Source: Thermoanaerobaculia bacterium (GTDB taxonomy: Bacteria; Acidobacteriota; Thermoanaerobaculia; UBA5066). From it: DNA of 64,000 nt. The stretch is taken from the NCBI GenBank assembly GCA_963816185.1, contig CAWFJJ010000028.1, forward strand, positions 32,001 to 96,000, read 5' to 3'. Numbering within the stretch: the first letter of the stretch is position 1; each line of letters begins with the position of its first letter. Position numbers and translations under genes: made by a program. The notes under the pieces are model-generated. The model did no database searches. It saw only the letters and a program-made list of their open reading frames with translations, and had not been told where the DNA came from. Positions 1-9,310 of this stretch are shown piece after piece.

Positions 1-583
1 GCTTTCGGCGTGGAGCGCGTTCTCGTCACGACGATGCAGGCGCTGTCGGGCGCGGGCTATCCCGGCGTGCCGTCTCTGGATGCGCAGGGCAACGTCATCC
101 CCTTCATCGACGGCGAGGAGGAAAAGATCGAACGCGAGCCACGAAAGATCCTGGGTCGCCTCGTGAACGGCCGCGTCCTGGACGCGGAGTTCCCGATCTC
201 GGTTTCCGTCAATCGCGTTCCGGTGCGCGACGGCCACATGGAGTCCGTCTTCGTCGATCTGAAGAAGAAGGCGTCCCTCGACGACGTGCATGCCGTGTTC
301 GAGGCCTTCACGGGCGAGCCGCAGCGGCTGAAGCTGCCCTCGGCTCCGGCGCGGCCGATTGCGGTCCGCGACGAGCGCGACCGGCCGCAGCCCGTCGCGC
401 GACGTCGAGGCGGGAAACGGCATGACGGTGACGGTCGGCCGCCTGCGGCCCGATCCCGTCTTCGATCTGAAGTTCACGGTTCTCGTCCACAACACGGTGC
501 GCGGGGCGGCGGGAGCGGCGCTCCTGAACGCCGAGCTGCTTCTCGCGCAGGGGCGCGTCGCGACGCGAGCTCCCGTGCGATGA
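1..583 (+). CDS. asd: aspartate-semialdehyde dehydrogenase, 3' part (5' end outside window; apparent frameshift near 391)
   Basis: [22 protein letters not shown] in the frame of ORF 10; C-terminus VGRLRPD...[19 protein letters not shown] in the frame of 359..583; TGA overlaps the lysC ATG. Confidence 0.9.
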
Positions 584-1945
584 CGGACGTTCTCAAGTTC
601 GGCGGCACCTCGGTCGGATCGGCCGAGCGGATCCGCGACGTCGCGCGCCTCGTGAAGACGCGCGGGGGAGACTCGAGCCTCGTCGTCGTCTCGGCGATGG
701 CCGGTGTGACGGATCTTCTGGTCGGATTGAAGAATTCTTCGAAGGGTAAAGAGCGGGGCGCCGCCGAGGCCACACTCGACGAGTTGGAAGGTCGCCACCG
801 CGCCGCGCTCGATGGGCTTGCCCTCCCGGAAAGCGAAAGGCGGACCTGCGCCCTCGCGATCGAAGAGGAGATGCGGCGATGCCGTGAGCTTTCTCTCGGA
901 ATCTCTCTACTCGAAGAAATCTCTCCTCGAACCTCGGACGCGCTCCTCGCGATCGGAGAATTGATCTGCTCGCGCTTCGTGGCCGCCGCGCTTCGCGCGG
1001 GCGGGGCGGAGGCCGTGTGGATCGACCCGCGCGAGATCCTCGCGACGAACGCCGCGCACGGCGCGGCCCTTGCGGACGAGAAGGAAACGGCCGCCCGCGT
1101 CTCCAGGCACGTGGCGCCTCACCTCGCGGCGGGGCGGGTCGTCGTGACGGGAGGCTTCGTCGGTGCCGCTCCGGACGGCTCGACGACGACGCTCGGCCGT
1201 GGCGGATCGGACTACTCGGCCGCGCTCTTCGGCGCCGCGCTCCATGACATGGGCCGCGCCGTGGGCCGCATCGAGATCTGGACCGACGTGGACGGAATCC
1301 TGACGGCCGACCCGCGCATCGTGCCCGCGGCGCGCCTCGTTCCCGAGGTGAGCTATCCCGAGGCGGCCGAGCTCGCGTTCTTCGGAGCGAAGGTGCTCCA
1401 TCCGGCGACGATCCGCCCTGCCGTGGCGCGAGGGATCCCGGTCGCCGTGAAGAACTCGTTCAGGCCCGATTGTCCCGGCACGATCGTGCGGCAGGACGTC
1501 GCCCGGAAACGGCGTGAGAGCCGTCGCGATGCGCACGGGGGTGACGGCGCTCTTCGTGGGCAGTCCGCGCATGCTGCTCGCCCATGGCTATGCCGCCAGG
1601 GTCTTCTCCGTCTTCGAAAAGCACGGCGTGCCGGTGGACGTCATCGCCACGAGCGAGGTGTCGATTTCGATCACCGTGGACGCGAAAGCCTTGCTCGAGG
1701 GCGTCGTGCGCGACCTTTCCGAGTTCGCCGAGGTCTCGGTTCTCCGGAACCTCGCGGTCGTGTCCGTCGTCGGAAAGGCTCTGCGCTCGACGGCGGGCGT
1801 CGCCGTGCGCATCTTCGGCGCCGTCGGCGACGTGAACGTCGTCCTCATCTCCCAGGGCGCCTCCGACACGAACGTGACGTTCGTGGTCGACGGGAACGAC
1901 GCGCCGGAGGCGCTGCGCAGGCTTCACCGGGAGTTCTTCGAATGA
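580..1945 (+). CDS. lysC: aspartate kinase (apparent frameshift near 1500)
   Basis: [37 protein letters not shown]; ACT domains continue in ORF 1514..1945. Confidence 0.92.
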
Positions 1946-2766
1946 AAGCGCTCCTCGTCGGATACGGGAAGATGGGGAAGACGATCGAGATCGCGCTCGT
2001 CCACAGGGGGCACGAAGTCGCTGGACGGTTGGGGCGCAAAGAGATTTGCTTAGAAGGGGAAGAGGGGAAGGGTGACCTATGGAGCGCGTCGAGCAATGCC
2101 GCGGATCCGGCTTCGCCGCAGCAGGCCAGCGAGAAGTCCTATTCACTTTCTGAGAAGTCTTTATCCTCGTCTCTCTCTTCGGACCTCCCGGTTTGCGACA
2201 TCGCGTTCGAGTTCACGACACCGGCGTCCGCGCCGATCGTCGTCCCCCTCCTTCTTTCGCGGAAGATCCCCGTCGTCTCCGGCACCACTGGCTGGGACGT
2301 GACTTCGGCCGTGCACATCGCACGGGAGCAGAAGGTTCCTTTTCTTCATTCCTCGAATTTCTCCCTCGGCGTCGCGGCGCTGCGGCGCGCCGTCGCCGCC
2401 GCGGCCGCCGCGCTCGCGCCGTTTCCCGAGTTCGAGCCGGGAGTCATGGAGCGGCATCACGCGGCGAAGAAAGACTCTCCTTCGGGGACGGCTCGCGTTC
2501 TCGCGCTCGACATCTCGCGCGAGCCCCTTTCGAAGAGATCCGTGCCGATCGTCTCTCTCAGGCAGGGCGGCCAGCCGGGAGAGCATTCGGTCTACTTCGA
2601 GGGCGCGGACGAGACGGTGGAGCTCGTGCACCGCGCCCGGTCGCGTTCGATCTTTGCCCAGGGCGCCGTGCGCGCCGCGGAATGGATGCTCGTATCGGGC
2701 CGAGCGGGCCCGGTGACCTTCGACGAATTCTTCGACGACCTGTCGCTCAAGGGGGGCGCCTCATGA
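1942..2766 (+). CDS. dapB: 4-hydroxy-tetrahydrodipicolinate reductase with an in-frame loop insertion
   Basis: GYGKMG, VSGTTGW, NFSLG, ERHHAAKKDSPSGTA, FAQGAVRAA; ATGA overlap with lysC. Confidence 0.93.
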   Translation: MKALLVGYGKMGKTIEIALVHRGHEVAGRLGRKEICLEGEEGKGDLWSASSNAADPASPQQASEKSYSLSEKSLSSSLSSDLPVCDIAFEFTTPASAPIVVPLLLSRKIPVVSGTTGWDVTSAVHIAREQKVPFLHSSNFSLGVAALRRAVAAAAAALAPFPEFEPGVMERHHAAKKDSPSGTARVLALDISREPLSKRSVPIVSLRQGGQPGEHSVYFEGADETVELVHRARSRSIFAQGAVRAAEWMLVSGRAGPVTFDEFFDDLSLKGGAS

Positions 2767-3731
2767 CGGCTTCCGCACACCCGCCGGACTCTTCGTCTTC
2801 AAGGAATCTCCGTCTTTCCGGGGTCTTCACCGCGCTCGTCACGCCGTTTCGCGACGACGGGGCCGTCGACGAGGCGGGCCTCCGCCGTCTCGCGAAGCGG
2901 CAGATCGCGGGCGGCGTCGCGGGTCTCGTCCCGTGCGGGACGACGGGCGAAGCCGTCACGCTGGACGCGGACGAGCACGAGCGTGTGGTCGCCGTCGTCG
3001 CCGAAGAGGCGCGCGCGTCCTCGCGGCGCGTGACCGTGATCGCCGGCTGCGGCTCGAACGACACCCGAAAATCCCAGGCCCTCGCCGAACGATGCCGCCG
3101 GGCCGGGGCCGACGCGCTCCTCGTCGTCACGCCTTACTACAACAAGCCGACGCCGAAAGGCCTCGTCGCGCATTTCCTCGCTGTCGCGGATGCGGGCCGG
3201 CTGCCGCTCGTCCTCTACAACGTGCCCGGCCGGACGGGCCTCAACATGCAGCCCGACACAGTGCTCGAGCTCGCGAAGGACCCCCGCATCGTGGCCGTCA
3301 AGGAGGCATCGGGCAGCCTCGATCAGGCATGCGAGATCCTCCGCGCCCGCCCGGCCGGATTCGCCGTCCTCTCGGGCGAGGACTCGCTCGCGATTCCGAT
3401 GATCGCCTGCGGCGCCGAGGGCGTCATCGCGGTGGTCTCGAACGAGGCTCCGGGCCTGTACGTGGACGCGATCGCCGCGGCCCTCGCCGGGAATCGCGCT
3501 CGTGCCTCGGAGCTCCAGGCGAGAATGTTCCCGCTCATGAAGGCGAATTTCCGCGAATCGAACCCGATTCCGGTGAAATGGGCGCTGGCGCGTCTCGGCC
3601 TCGTCGGCGGCGCTGTTCGCCTGCCGCTCGTGCCGCTTTCGCCGCAGCACCACGCCCCGCTCGAGGACGCGCTCCGGGCCGCGGGTCTCCTCGATGCCGC
3701 CGGGAAACCAGTCGAGAAGGCCGCGGCGTGA
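2763..3731 (+). CDS. dapA: 4-hydroxy-tetrahydrodipicolinate synthase
   Basis: TALVTPF, CGTTGE, VTPYYNKP, LYNVPGRTG, AVKEASG, ESNPIPVK. Confidence 0.95.
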   Translation: MTASAHPPDSSSSRNLRLSGVFTALVTPFRDDGAVDEAGLRRLAKRQIAGGVAGLVPCGTTGEAVTLDADEHERVVAVVAEEARASSRRVTVIAGCGSNDTRKSQALAERCRRAGADALLVVTPYYNKPTPKGLVAHFLAVADAGRLPLVLYNVPGRTGLNMQPDTVLELAKDPRIVAVKEASGSLDQACEILRARPAGFAVLSGEDSLAIPMIACGAEGVIAVVSNEAPGLYVDAIAAALAGNRARASELQARMFPLMKANFRESNPIPVKWALARLGLVGGAVRLPLVPLSPQHHAPLEDALRAAGLLDAAGKPVEKAAA

Positions 3732-4495
3732 CGCGCGAGGAAGTCGTCGCGCTTCTCGGCGCGCTCGAGCGCGGCGAGATGCGCGCGGCGGCCCCCGACG
3801 GGGACGGGAACTGGGTGGCGAACGCGGCCGTCAAGGAAGGCATCCTCGCGGCCTTCCGGCTCGGTGTCGAGGAGGCGAGCGAGGCCGGCCCGCTCCTTTT
3901 CCGCGACCGAGACACTCTCCCGCCGCGCCGTCCGCTTCCCGAAGGCGTGCGCGTCGTCCCGGGCGGGACGGCTCTCCGCCGCGGCGCCTTTCTCGCGAAG
4001 GGCGTCGTCGTGATGCCGCCCGCCTACGTGAACGTGGGCGCGTACGTCGACGAGGGCTCGATGATCGACAGCCATGCGCTCGTCGGCTCGTGCGCGCAGA
4101 TCGGGAAGAAAGTCCACCTTTCGGCCGCGGCGCAGGTGGGCGGCGTCCTCGAGCCCGTGGGCGCAGTTCCGGTCGTCATCGAGGACGAGGTCTTCGTGGG
4201 CGGGGGAGCCGGGATCTACGAGGGCGTCCGCGTGAGAAAGCGCGCCGTTCTCGCGGCGGGCGTCATCCTGACGGCTTCGAGCGTCGTCTTCGATCTCGTG
4301 AACGAGCGCGAGCTCCGCTCGGCGCCGGGGCGTCCGCTCGTCGTTCCCGAGGGCGCCGTCCTCGTCCCGGGCTCGCGGCGAGTCACCGGCGCCTGGGCCG
4401 AGGCCCGAGGGATCTCGCTTTCCGCTGCCGTGATCGTGAAGTATCGGGATGCGAAGACGGACGCGCGGACGGTTCTCGAAAGCGCGCTGCGGTGA
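3728..4495 (+). CDS. dapD: 2,3,4,5-tetrahydropyridine-2,6-dicarboxylate N-succinyltransferase
   Basis: RVVPGG, YVNVGAYVDEG, VGSCAQIG, GGVLEP hexapeptide repeats; GTGA overlap with dapA. Confidence 0.93.
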   Translation: MTREEVVALLGALERGEMRAAAPDGDGNWVANAAVKEGILAAFRLGVEEASEAGPLLFRDRDTLPPRRPLPEGVRVVPGGTALRRGAFLAKGVVVMPPAYVNVGAYVDEGSMIDSHALVGSCAQIGKKVHLSAAAQVGGVLEPVGAVPVVIEDEVFVGGGAGIYEGVRVRKRAVLAAGVILTASSVVFDLVNERELRSAPGRPLVVPEGAVLVPGSRRVTGAWAEARGISLSAAVIVKYRDAKTDARTVLESALR

Positions 4496-4553
4496 CGGGA
4501 AAAGAAGAAAGAGTTGCACGCGGCCTGCGGCCGCGTGATTCTTAGAAAGGTAA

Positions 4554-5843
4554 TTGGTCTTGGCGGACTCGCTGATCCGTCGCGCCGCGGCTCGGTTCGG
4601 GACTCCGCTGTATCTGTACGACTTCGAGGTCATCGCGGCGCGAGTCCGCGCGCTGCGCGCGGCGCTCGGCCCTCGATTCACGCTGGCCTACGCCGTAAAG
4701 GCAAACCCATCGCTAGCCGTGCTGTCGCTTTTCTTCGAAAGGGGGTTGGGGGCGGACGTCGCATCCCGAGGCGAGCTGCTCGCGGTGCGCCGCGCAGGAT
4801 GTCCTGCTTCGAAGATCCTCTCGACCGGTCCTGCGAAAACTGATGCGGACCTCGAAGCGCTCGTGCGAGCCGGCGTGTCGATCATCCATGCGGAAGGCGA
4901 ATGGGAGCTCGCCAGACTCGAAGAGATCGCGAAGCGCGCGCGACGCACCGTTCGCGTCGGCCTCCGGCTCAACCCGCCCTGGGGGATCGCCGAGAAGCGC
5001 GTCATAATCGGCGGCCCCGGCGCGAAGAAGTTCGGGTTCGACCTCCGGACCGCCGAGAGAGTTCTTAGAAAGTGGAAGAGCGGAGCGGGAGGGCCGGACG
5101 CCTACCCCCATCTGGATCTCTGCGGCTTTCAGGTGTTCAACGCCTCGAACGTCCTCGACGCGCGGCTCCTCGTCGAGAACACGCGCCACGTGCTCTCCCT
5201 CGCCCTTTCCCTTTCGAGGAAATACGACGTTTCTCTTCTCTCCGTGGATTTCGGCGGGGGCTTCGGCGTGCCCTATGCGGCGTCCGAAGAGCACCTCGAT
5301 CTAAGAGTTCTTAGAAGGGGTCTGGAGGAGATCGCGAGGCGCGTCGAGTTGGAGCCTCGGCTTCGGCGGGCTCGGCTGGTGTTCGAACCAGGCCGGTTCC
5401 TCGTTGCGGAGGCGGGGATGTACGTGACCCGCGTCCTCGGCACCAAGAGAAGCCGCGGCGTCGACTACGTCCTCATAGACGGTGGCGTCCACCACTTCCT
5501 CCGGCCGGTCCTCCTCGGAACGCCTCACCGCGTGAGGCTCGTCAGGAGAAAGGCAGGCGCTCGCGGCGGTCGATCTTCACCTTCTAGGAAATCTCTAGTT
5601 CTTTCGGGCCCCCTCTGCACGTCCCTCGACGTCCTCCACCCGTCCGCTGACCTGCCACTCCCGGTGCGGGGAGACCTCCTTGCCTTCGAGAACGCCGGCG
5701 CATACGGGTTCACCGAGTCGATGCCTCTCTTTCTCTCGCACGGGTGGCCGGCCGAGGTCGGCGTGTCGAAGGGCCGGCTGGCGCTCCTGAGGCGGCCTCC
5801 GACGGTGGAATCGCTTCTTCGCGCGCAAAGGCGGCGGCTTTGA
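4554..5843 (+). CDS. lysA: diaminopimelate decarboxylase (PLP fold III)
   Basis: TPLYLYD, YAVKAN (PLP Lys), DFGGG, FEPGR, GPLCT, AGAYG; last gene of the dap operon. Confidence 0.82.
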   Translation: MVLADSLIRRAAARFGTPLYLYDFEVIAARVRALRAALGPRFTLAYAVKANPSLAVLSLFFERGLGADVASRGELLAVRRAGCPASKILSTGPAKTDADLEALVRAGVSIIHAEGEWELARLEEIAKRARRTVRVGLRLNPPWGIAEKRVIIGGPGAKKFGFDLRTAERVLRKWKSGAGGPDAYPHLDLCGFQVFNASNVLDARLLVENTRHVLSLALSLSRKYDVSLLSVDFGGGFGVPYAASEEHLDLRVLRRGLEEIARRVELEPRLRRARLVFEPGRFLVAEAGMYVTRVLGTKRSRGVDYVLIDGGVHHFLRPVLLGTPHRVRLVRRKAGARGGRSSPSRKSLVLSGPLCTSLDVLHPSADLPLPVRGDLLAFENAGAYGFTESMPLFLSHGWPAEVGVSKGRLALLRRPPTVESLLRAQRRRL

Positions 5844-7381
5844 AGATTCAGCGCGCTTCCGTTCGATATGGCGTGGCGCTCTGTGCGACGGCGGTAGCGT
5901 GCGGGCTCCGGCTCGCGCTCGCGCCGGTCCTGGGCTCGCAGCTCGCATTCGTAACGTTCATCGCGGCGAGCATCTTCGCCGCGTGGTACGGCGGCGGCGG
6001 CCCCGGCATCCTGGCGGCGGCTCTGGGCGGCGCGCTCGGCGTCGTGCTCTTCCAGCATCGGACCCACCCCAATCCGGCCCTCGCCTTGACTCTCGGCGGC
6101 TACGCGTTCGTCTGTCTCGTCTGCATCGGCTTCGTCGAGTGGAGTCGCCGCAACCACGAGAGGTTCGCGCGAAGCGAAGCGCTCGGCCGGCTGTCGCTGG
6201 AGGCATCCCTGGCGCAGCGCAAGGAGCTCGAGGAGGCGCTTCGCGCCCGTCTTGACGAGCTCGGGATCGTGAATCGCCGGAAGAGCGAGTTCCTCGCGGC
6301 GCTCGCGCACGAGCTTCGTAACCCGCTCGCTCCGGTGAGCAACGCGATCGAGGTTCTCGAGCGCGACCCGGACGAGCCGACGCGCGCACGGATGCTCGCG
6401 GTTCTCCGGCACCAGGCGGCGCGCCTCGCGCACGTCGTGGACGACCTCATCGACGTCTCGCGGATCGAGCAGGGAAGAGTCGATCTCAGGATGGAGATCG
6501 TGGATTTCGCCGAGCCCGTCCGCCATGCCATCGCGGCCTGCGAGAACGCGCTCGGCGTTTCGCGCCCCACGCTCTCGGCGAATCTCCCGGTCACTCCCAC
6601 GTGGGTCAGGGGAGATGCGGACCGGCTCGAGCAGATCGTGCTGAATCTGCTCCAGAACGCGCTGAAGTACACGCCGTCCGACGGTCACGTGTGGGTGAGC
6701 CTCGTCGAGGAGAGCGGGGACGCGGTTCTCCGCATGCGGGACGACGGTTACGGAATCCCGACGGACCTCCTCGAGAAGATCTTCGACCTGTTTGCGCAGG
6801 CGCCACAGCCCCTGGCCCGAACGCAGGGCGGGCTCGGCATCGGACTCAGCCTCGTCAAGACCCTCGTCGAGCGCCACGGGGGGAAGGTGAGCGCGGCGAG
6901 CCCGGGTCCCGGACTCGGAAGCGAGTTCGTCGTGCGGCTCCCGCGGTCGGAGCCGCCCGAGCGGAAAGAGGCTCCAGTCCCTCAGCCCGCGTGCCCGGCG
7001 GCTTGCAGCCTTCGCGTTCTCGTCATCGAAGACAACGCTGACATGCGCGAGTCGATGCGCGACCTCCTCCACCTTTGGGGTCACGCCTCCGAAGGCGCGG
7101 CGGATGGCCTCGAGGGTCTCGCTCAGGTTCTCCTTTTCAAGCCGGACGTCGCGCTCGTCGACCTCGGGCTTCCGCGGATGGACGGCTACGAGGTCGCGCG
7201 CCAGATCAGGGGTCAGGAAGGCGGCCGCGATGTGCTCCTCATCGCTCTGAGCGGCTACGGGCAACCGGCGGACCGCGAGGCCGCGCAGGCCGCGGGCTTC
7301 GACAAACACATCGTCAAGCCGCCCGACCTCGTCGAGCTCGAGAATCTGCTGGCTCGAGAAGCGAAGAGGCGCTCGACCTGA
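5840..7381 (+). CDS. membrane hybrid sensor histidine kinase with C-terminal receiver domain
   Basis: N-terminal TM segments, [13 protein letters not shown] (H-box), [21 protein letters not shown], receiver VIEDN...DLGLP; TTG overlaps the lysA stop. Confidence 0.92.
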   Translation: MKIQRASVRYGVALCATAVACGLRLALAPVLGSQLAFVTFIAASIFAAWYGGGGPGILAAALGGALGVVLFQHRTHPNPALALTLGGYAFVCLVCIGFVEWSRRNHERFARSEALGRLSLEASLAQRKELEEALRARLDELGIVNRRKSEFLAALAHELRNPLAPVSNAIEVLERDPDEPTRARMLAVLRHQAARLAHVVDDLIDVSRIEQGRVDLRMEIVDFAEPVRHAIAACENALGVSRPTLSANLPVTPTWVRGDADRLEQIVLNLLQNALKYTPSDGHVWVSLVEESGDAVLRMRDDGYGIPTDLLEKIFDLFAQAPQPLARTQGGLGIGLSLVKTLVERHGGKVSAASPGPGLGSEFVVRLPRSEPPERKEAPVPQPACPAACSLRVLVIEDNADMRESMRDLLHLWGHASEGAADGLEGLAQVLLFKPDVALVDLGLPRMDGYEVARQIRGQEGGRDVLLIALSGYGQPADREAAQAAGFDKHIVKPPDLVELENLLAREAKRRST

Positions 7382-7395
7382 AATACAATGTGCGA

Positions 7396-9120
7396 ATGAG
7401 CGATCAGTTCACCCGCGAAGCGACGGACGTTCCGGCGACGCTTCCCCTGACTGCCGAGCAGGAGCGCATCCGGAAGGCGAAGGAGGCGTGGCGCGCGAAA
7501 GCCGCGGCCGCGTTCGCGAAGACACCCCGCTGGAAGAAGGACTTCACGACGATCTCGTCCGCCGCCGTGAACGCGCTTGCGACGCCGGACGACCTTCCCG
7601 GCTTCGACTTCGACCGCGACCTCGGCTGGCCGGGCGAGTTCCCGTACACGCGCGGCGTGCAGGCCACGATGTACCGCGGGCGGCCGTGGACCATCCGGCA
7701 GTTCGCAGGCTTCGGCAACGCGAAACAGACGAACGAGCGGTTCAAGGCCCTGCTCGCGCACGGGCAGACGGGCCTCTCCACGGCCTTTCACCTGCCGACT
7801 CTCTACGGCTACGACTCCGACCATCCCATGTCGGCCGGCGAAGTGGGGAAGTGCGGCGTCGCGATCGACACGCTGCGCGACTTCGAGGCGCTTTTCGACG
7901 GCATCGATCTCGGCGCGGTGACGACGTCCATGACGATCAACTCGACCGCCCCCATCGCGCTCGCGATGTATCTCGCGGTCGCCGAGCAGCACGGCACGCC
8001 GTGGTCGAGGGTCGGCGGCACGCTCCAGAACGACATCCTCAAGGAATACATCGCCCAGAAGGAGTACATCTTTCCGCCCCGTCCCTCGATGCGGCTCGTG
8101 ACGGACCAGTTCGCGTTCTGCGCGAAGCACGTTCCGAAGTGGAATACCGTGTCGATCTCCGGGTACCACATTCGCGAGGCCGGGGCGACCGCGCTCCAGG
8201 AGCTCGCGTTCACCCTCCGCGACGGGATGGAGTACGTTCGGTACGGCATCGACGCGGGCCTCGACGTCGACGCCTTTGCGCCCCGCCTCTCATTCTTCTT
8301 CAACGCCCACAACGACTTTTTCGAGGAGATTGCGAAATACCGCGCGGCGCGACGCGTCTGGGCGAAGGTCATGCGGGATCGCTACGGCGCGAAGAAGACC
8401 GAGAGCTGGAAGATGCGCTTCCATTCGCAGACTGCGGGGGTTTCGCTCACGGCACAGCAGCCGTACAACAACGTGGCGCGCGTCGCAATCCAGTCCCTCG
8501 CGGCCGTGCTCGGAGGTACGAACTCGCTTCACGCGAACGCGCTCGACGAGACGCTCGCCCTGCCGACGGAGTTCGCCGCGAAGATCGCCGTCAGGACGCA
8601 GCAGATCATCCTGCACGAGACGGGAGTCGTCAACACGGTCGACCCGCTCGGCGGCTCGTACTTCGTTGAAGAGCTGACGAACCGGATGGAGGCAGGCACG
8701 TTCGACTACTTCCGACGGATCGACGCTTTCGGCGGGATGGTGGAAGCCATCGAGGCGGGTTTCCCGCAGAGGGAGATCATGGACGCCGCGTACCGCTACC
8801 AGCGAGCCGTCGACGCGAAAGAGAAGATCATGGTCGGCGTCAACGCATTCACGGACTCGGTTCCGGAGGACGAGGTTTCGATCCTGACGATCTCCGAGCA
8901 GATGGCCGCCGAGCAGGTGAAGTCGCTCGCGGAAGTCCGAAGGACGCGCGACTCGCGCGCGGCGATGCAGAAGCTCACGGACCTCAAGGCCGCTTGCGCT
9001 GGCGGGGCGAACGTGATGCCGCCTCTCGTCGAGGCCGTGAAGGCTTACGCCACGGTCGGCGAGATCTCCGACGTCATGCGCGAGGTCTTCGCGACGTACG
9101 AGGAACCGGCAATTTTTTGA
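7396..9120 (+). CDS. B12-dependent acyl-CoA mutase large (substrate-binding) subunit, isobutyryl-CoA mutase type
   Basis: [48 protein letters not shown]; no B12-binding domain. Confidence 0.9.
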   Translation: MSDQFTREATDVPATLPLTAEQERIRKAKEAWRAKAAAAFAKTPRWKKDFTTISSAAVNALATPDDLPGFDFDRDLGWPGEFPYTRGVQATMYRGRPWTIRQFAGFGNAKQTNERFKALLAHGQTGLSTAFHLPTLYGYDSDHPMSAGEVGKCGVAIDTLRDFEALFDGIDLGAVTTSMTINSTAPIALAMYLAVAEQHGTPWSRVGGTLQNDILKEYIAQKEYIFPPRPSMRLVTDQFAFCAKHVPKWNTVSISGYHIREAGATALQELAFTLRDGMEYVRYGIDAGLDVDAFAPRLSFFFNAHNDFFEEIAKYRAARRVWAKVMRDRYGAKKTESWKMRFHSQTAGVSLTAQQPYNNVARVAIQSLAAVLGGTNSLHANALDETLALPTEFAAKIAVRTQQIILHETGVVNTVDPLGGSYFVEELTNRMEAGTFDYFRRIDAFGGMVEAIEAGFPQREIMDAAYRYQRAVDAKEKIMVGVNAFTDSVPEDEVSILTISEQMAAEQVKSLAEVRRTRDSRAAMQKLTDLKAACAGGANVMPPLVEAVKAYATVGEISDVMREVFATYEEPAIF

Positions 9121-9250
9121 GAAGAGAGACCGAAGAAAAGACTTCTTAGAAAGGTGGAGCGGACGGCCCGGCGGTCCGAACTGGCGCTGCAGCATCCGAC
9201 GGCCGCGCTCTCGAGGTCCATTCACTTCTAAGAAGATCCTCTTCGAACCT
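9121..9250. repeat. intergenic convergent motif pair
   Basis: purine tract 9121-9140, TTCTTAGAAAGGTGG at 9143, CATTCACTTCTAAGAA ending 9234. Confidence 0.7.
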
Positions 9251-9310
9251 TCCGCTGAGCGTCGCCATTCCGAAGGGGTGTCCCGGCCCGGATCTTGCGA
9301 GGTAGACTGC

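Noticed and set aside
10-2766. 918-aa ORF suggesting an Asd-LysC-DapB fusion
   Set aside because: Two frameshifts bypass the real asd and lysC C-termini, which lie in another frame with ATGA overlaps.
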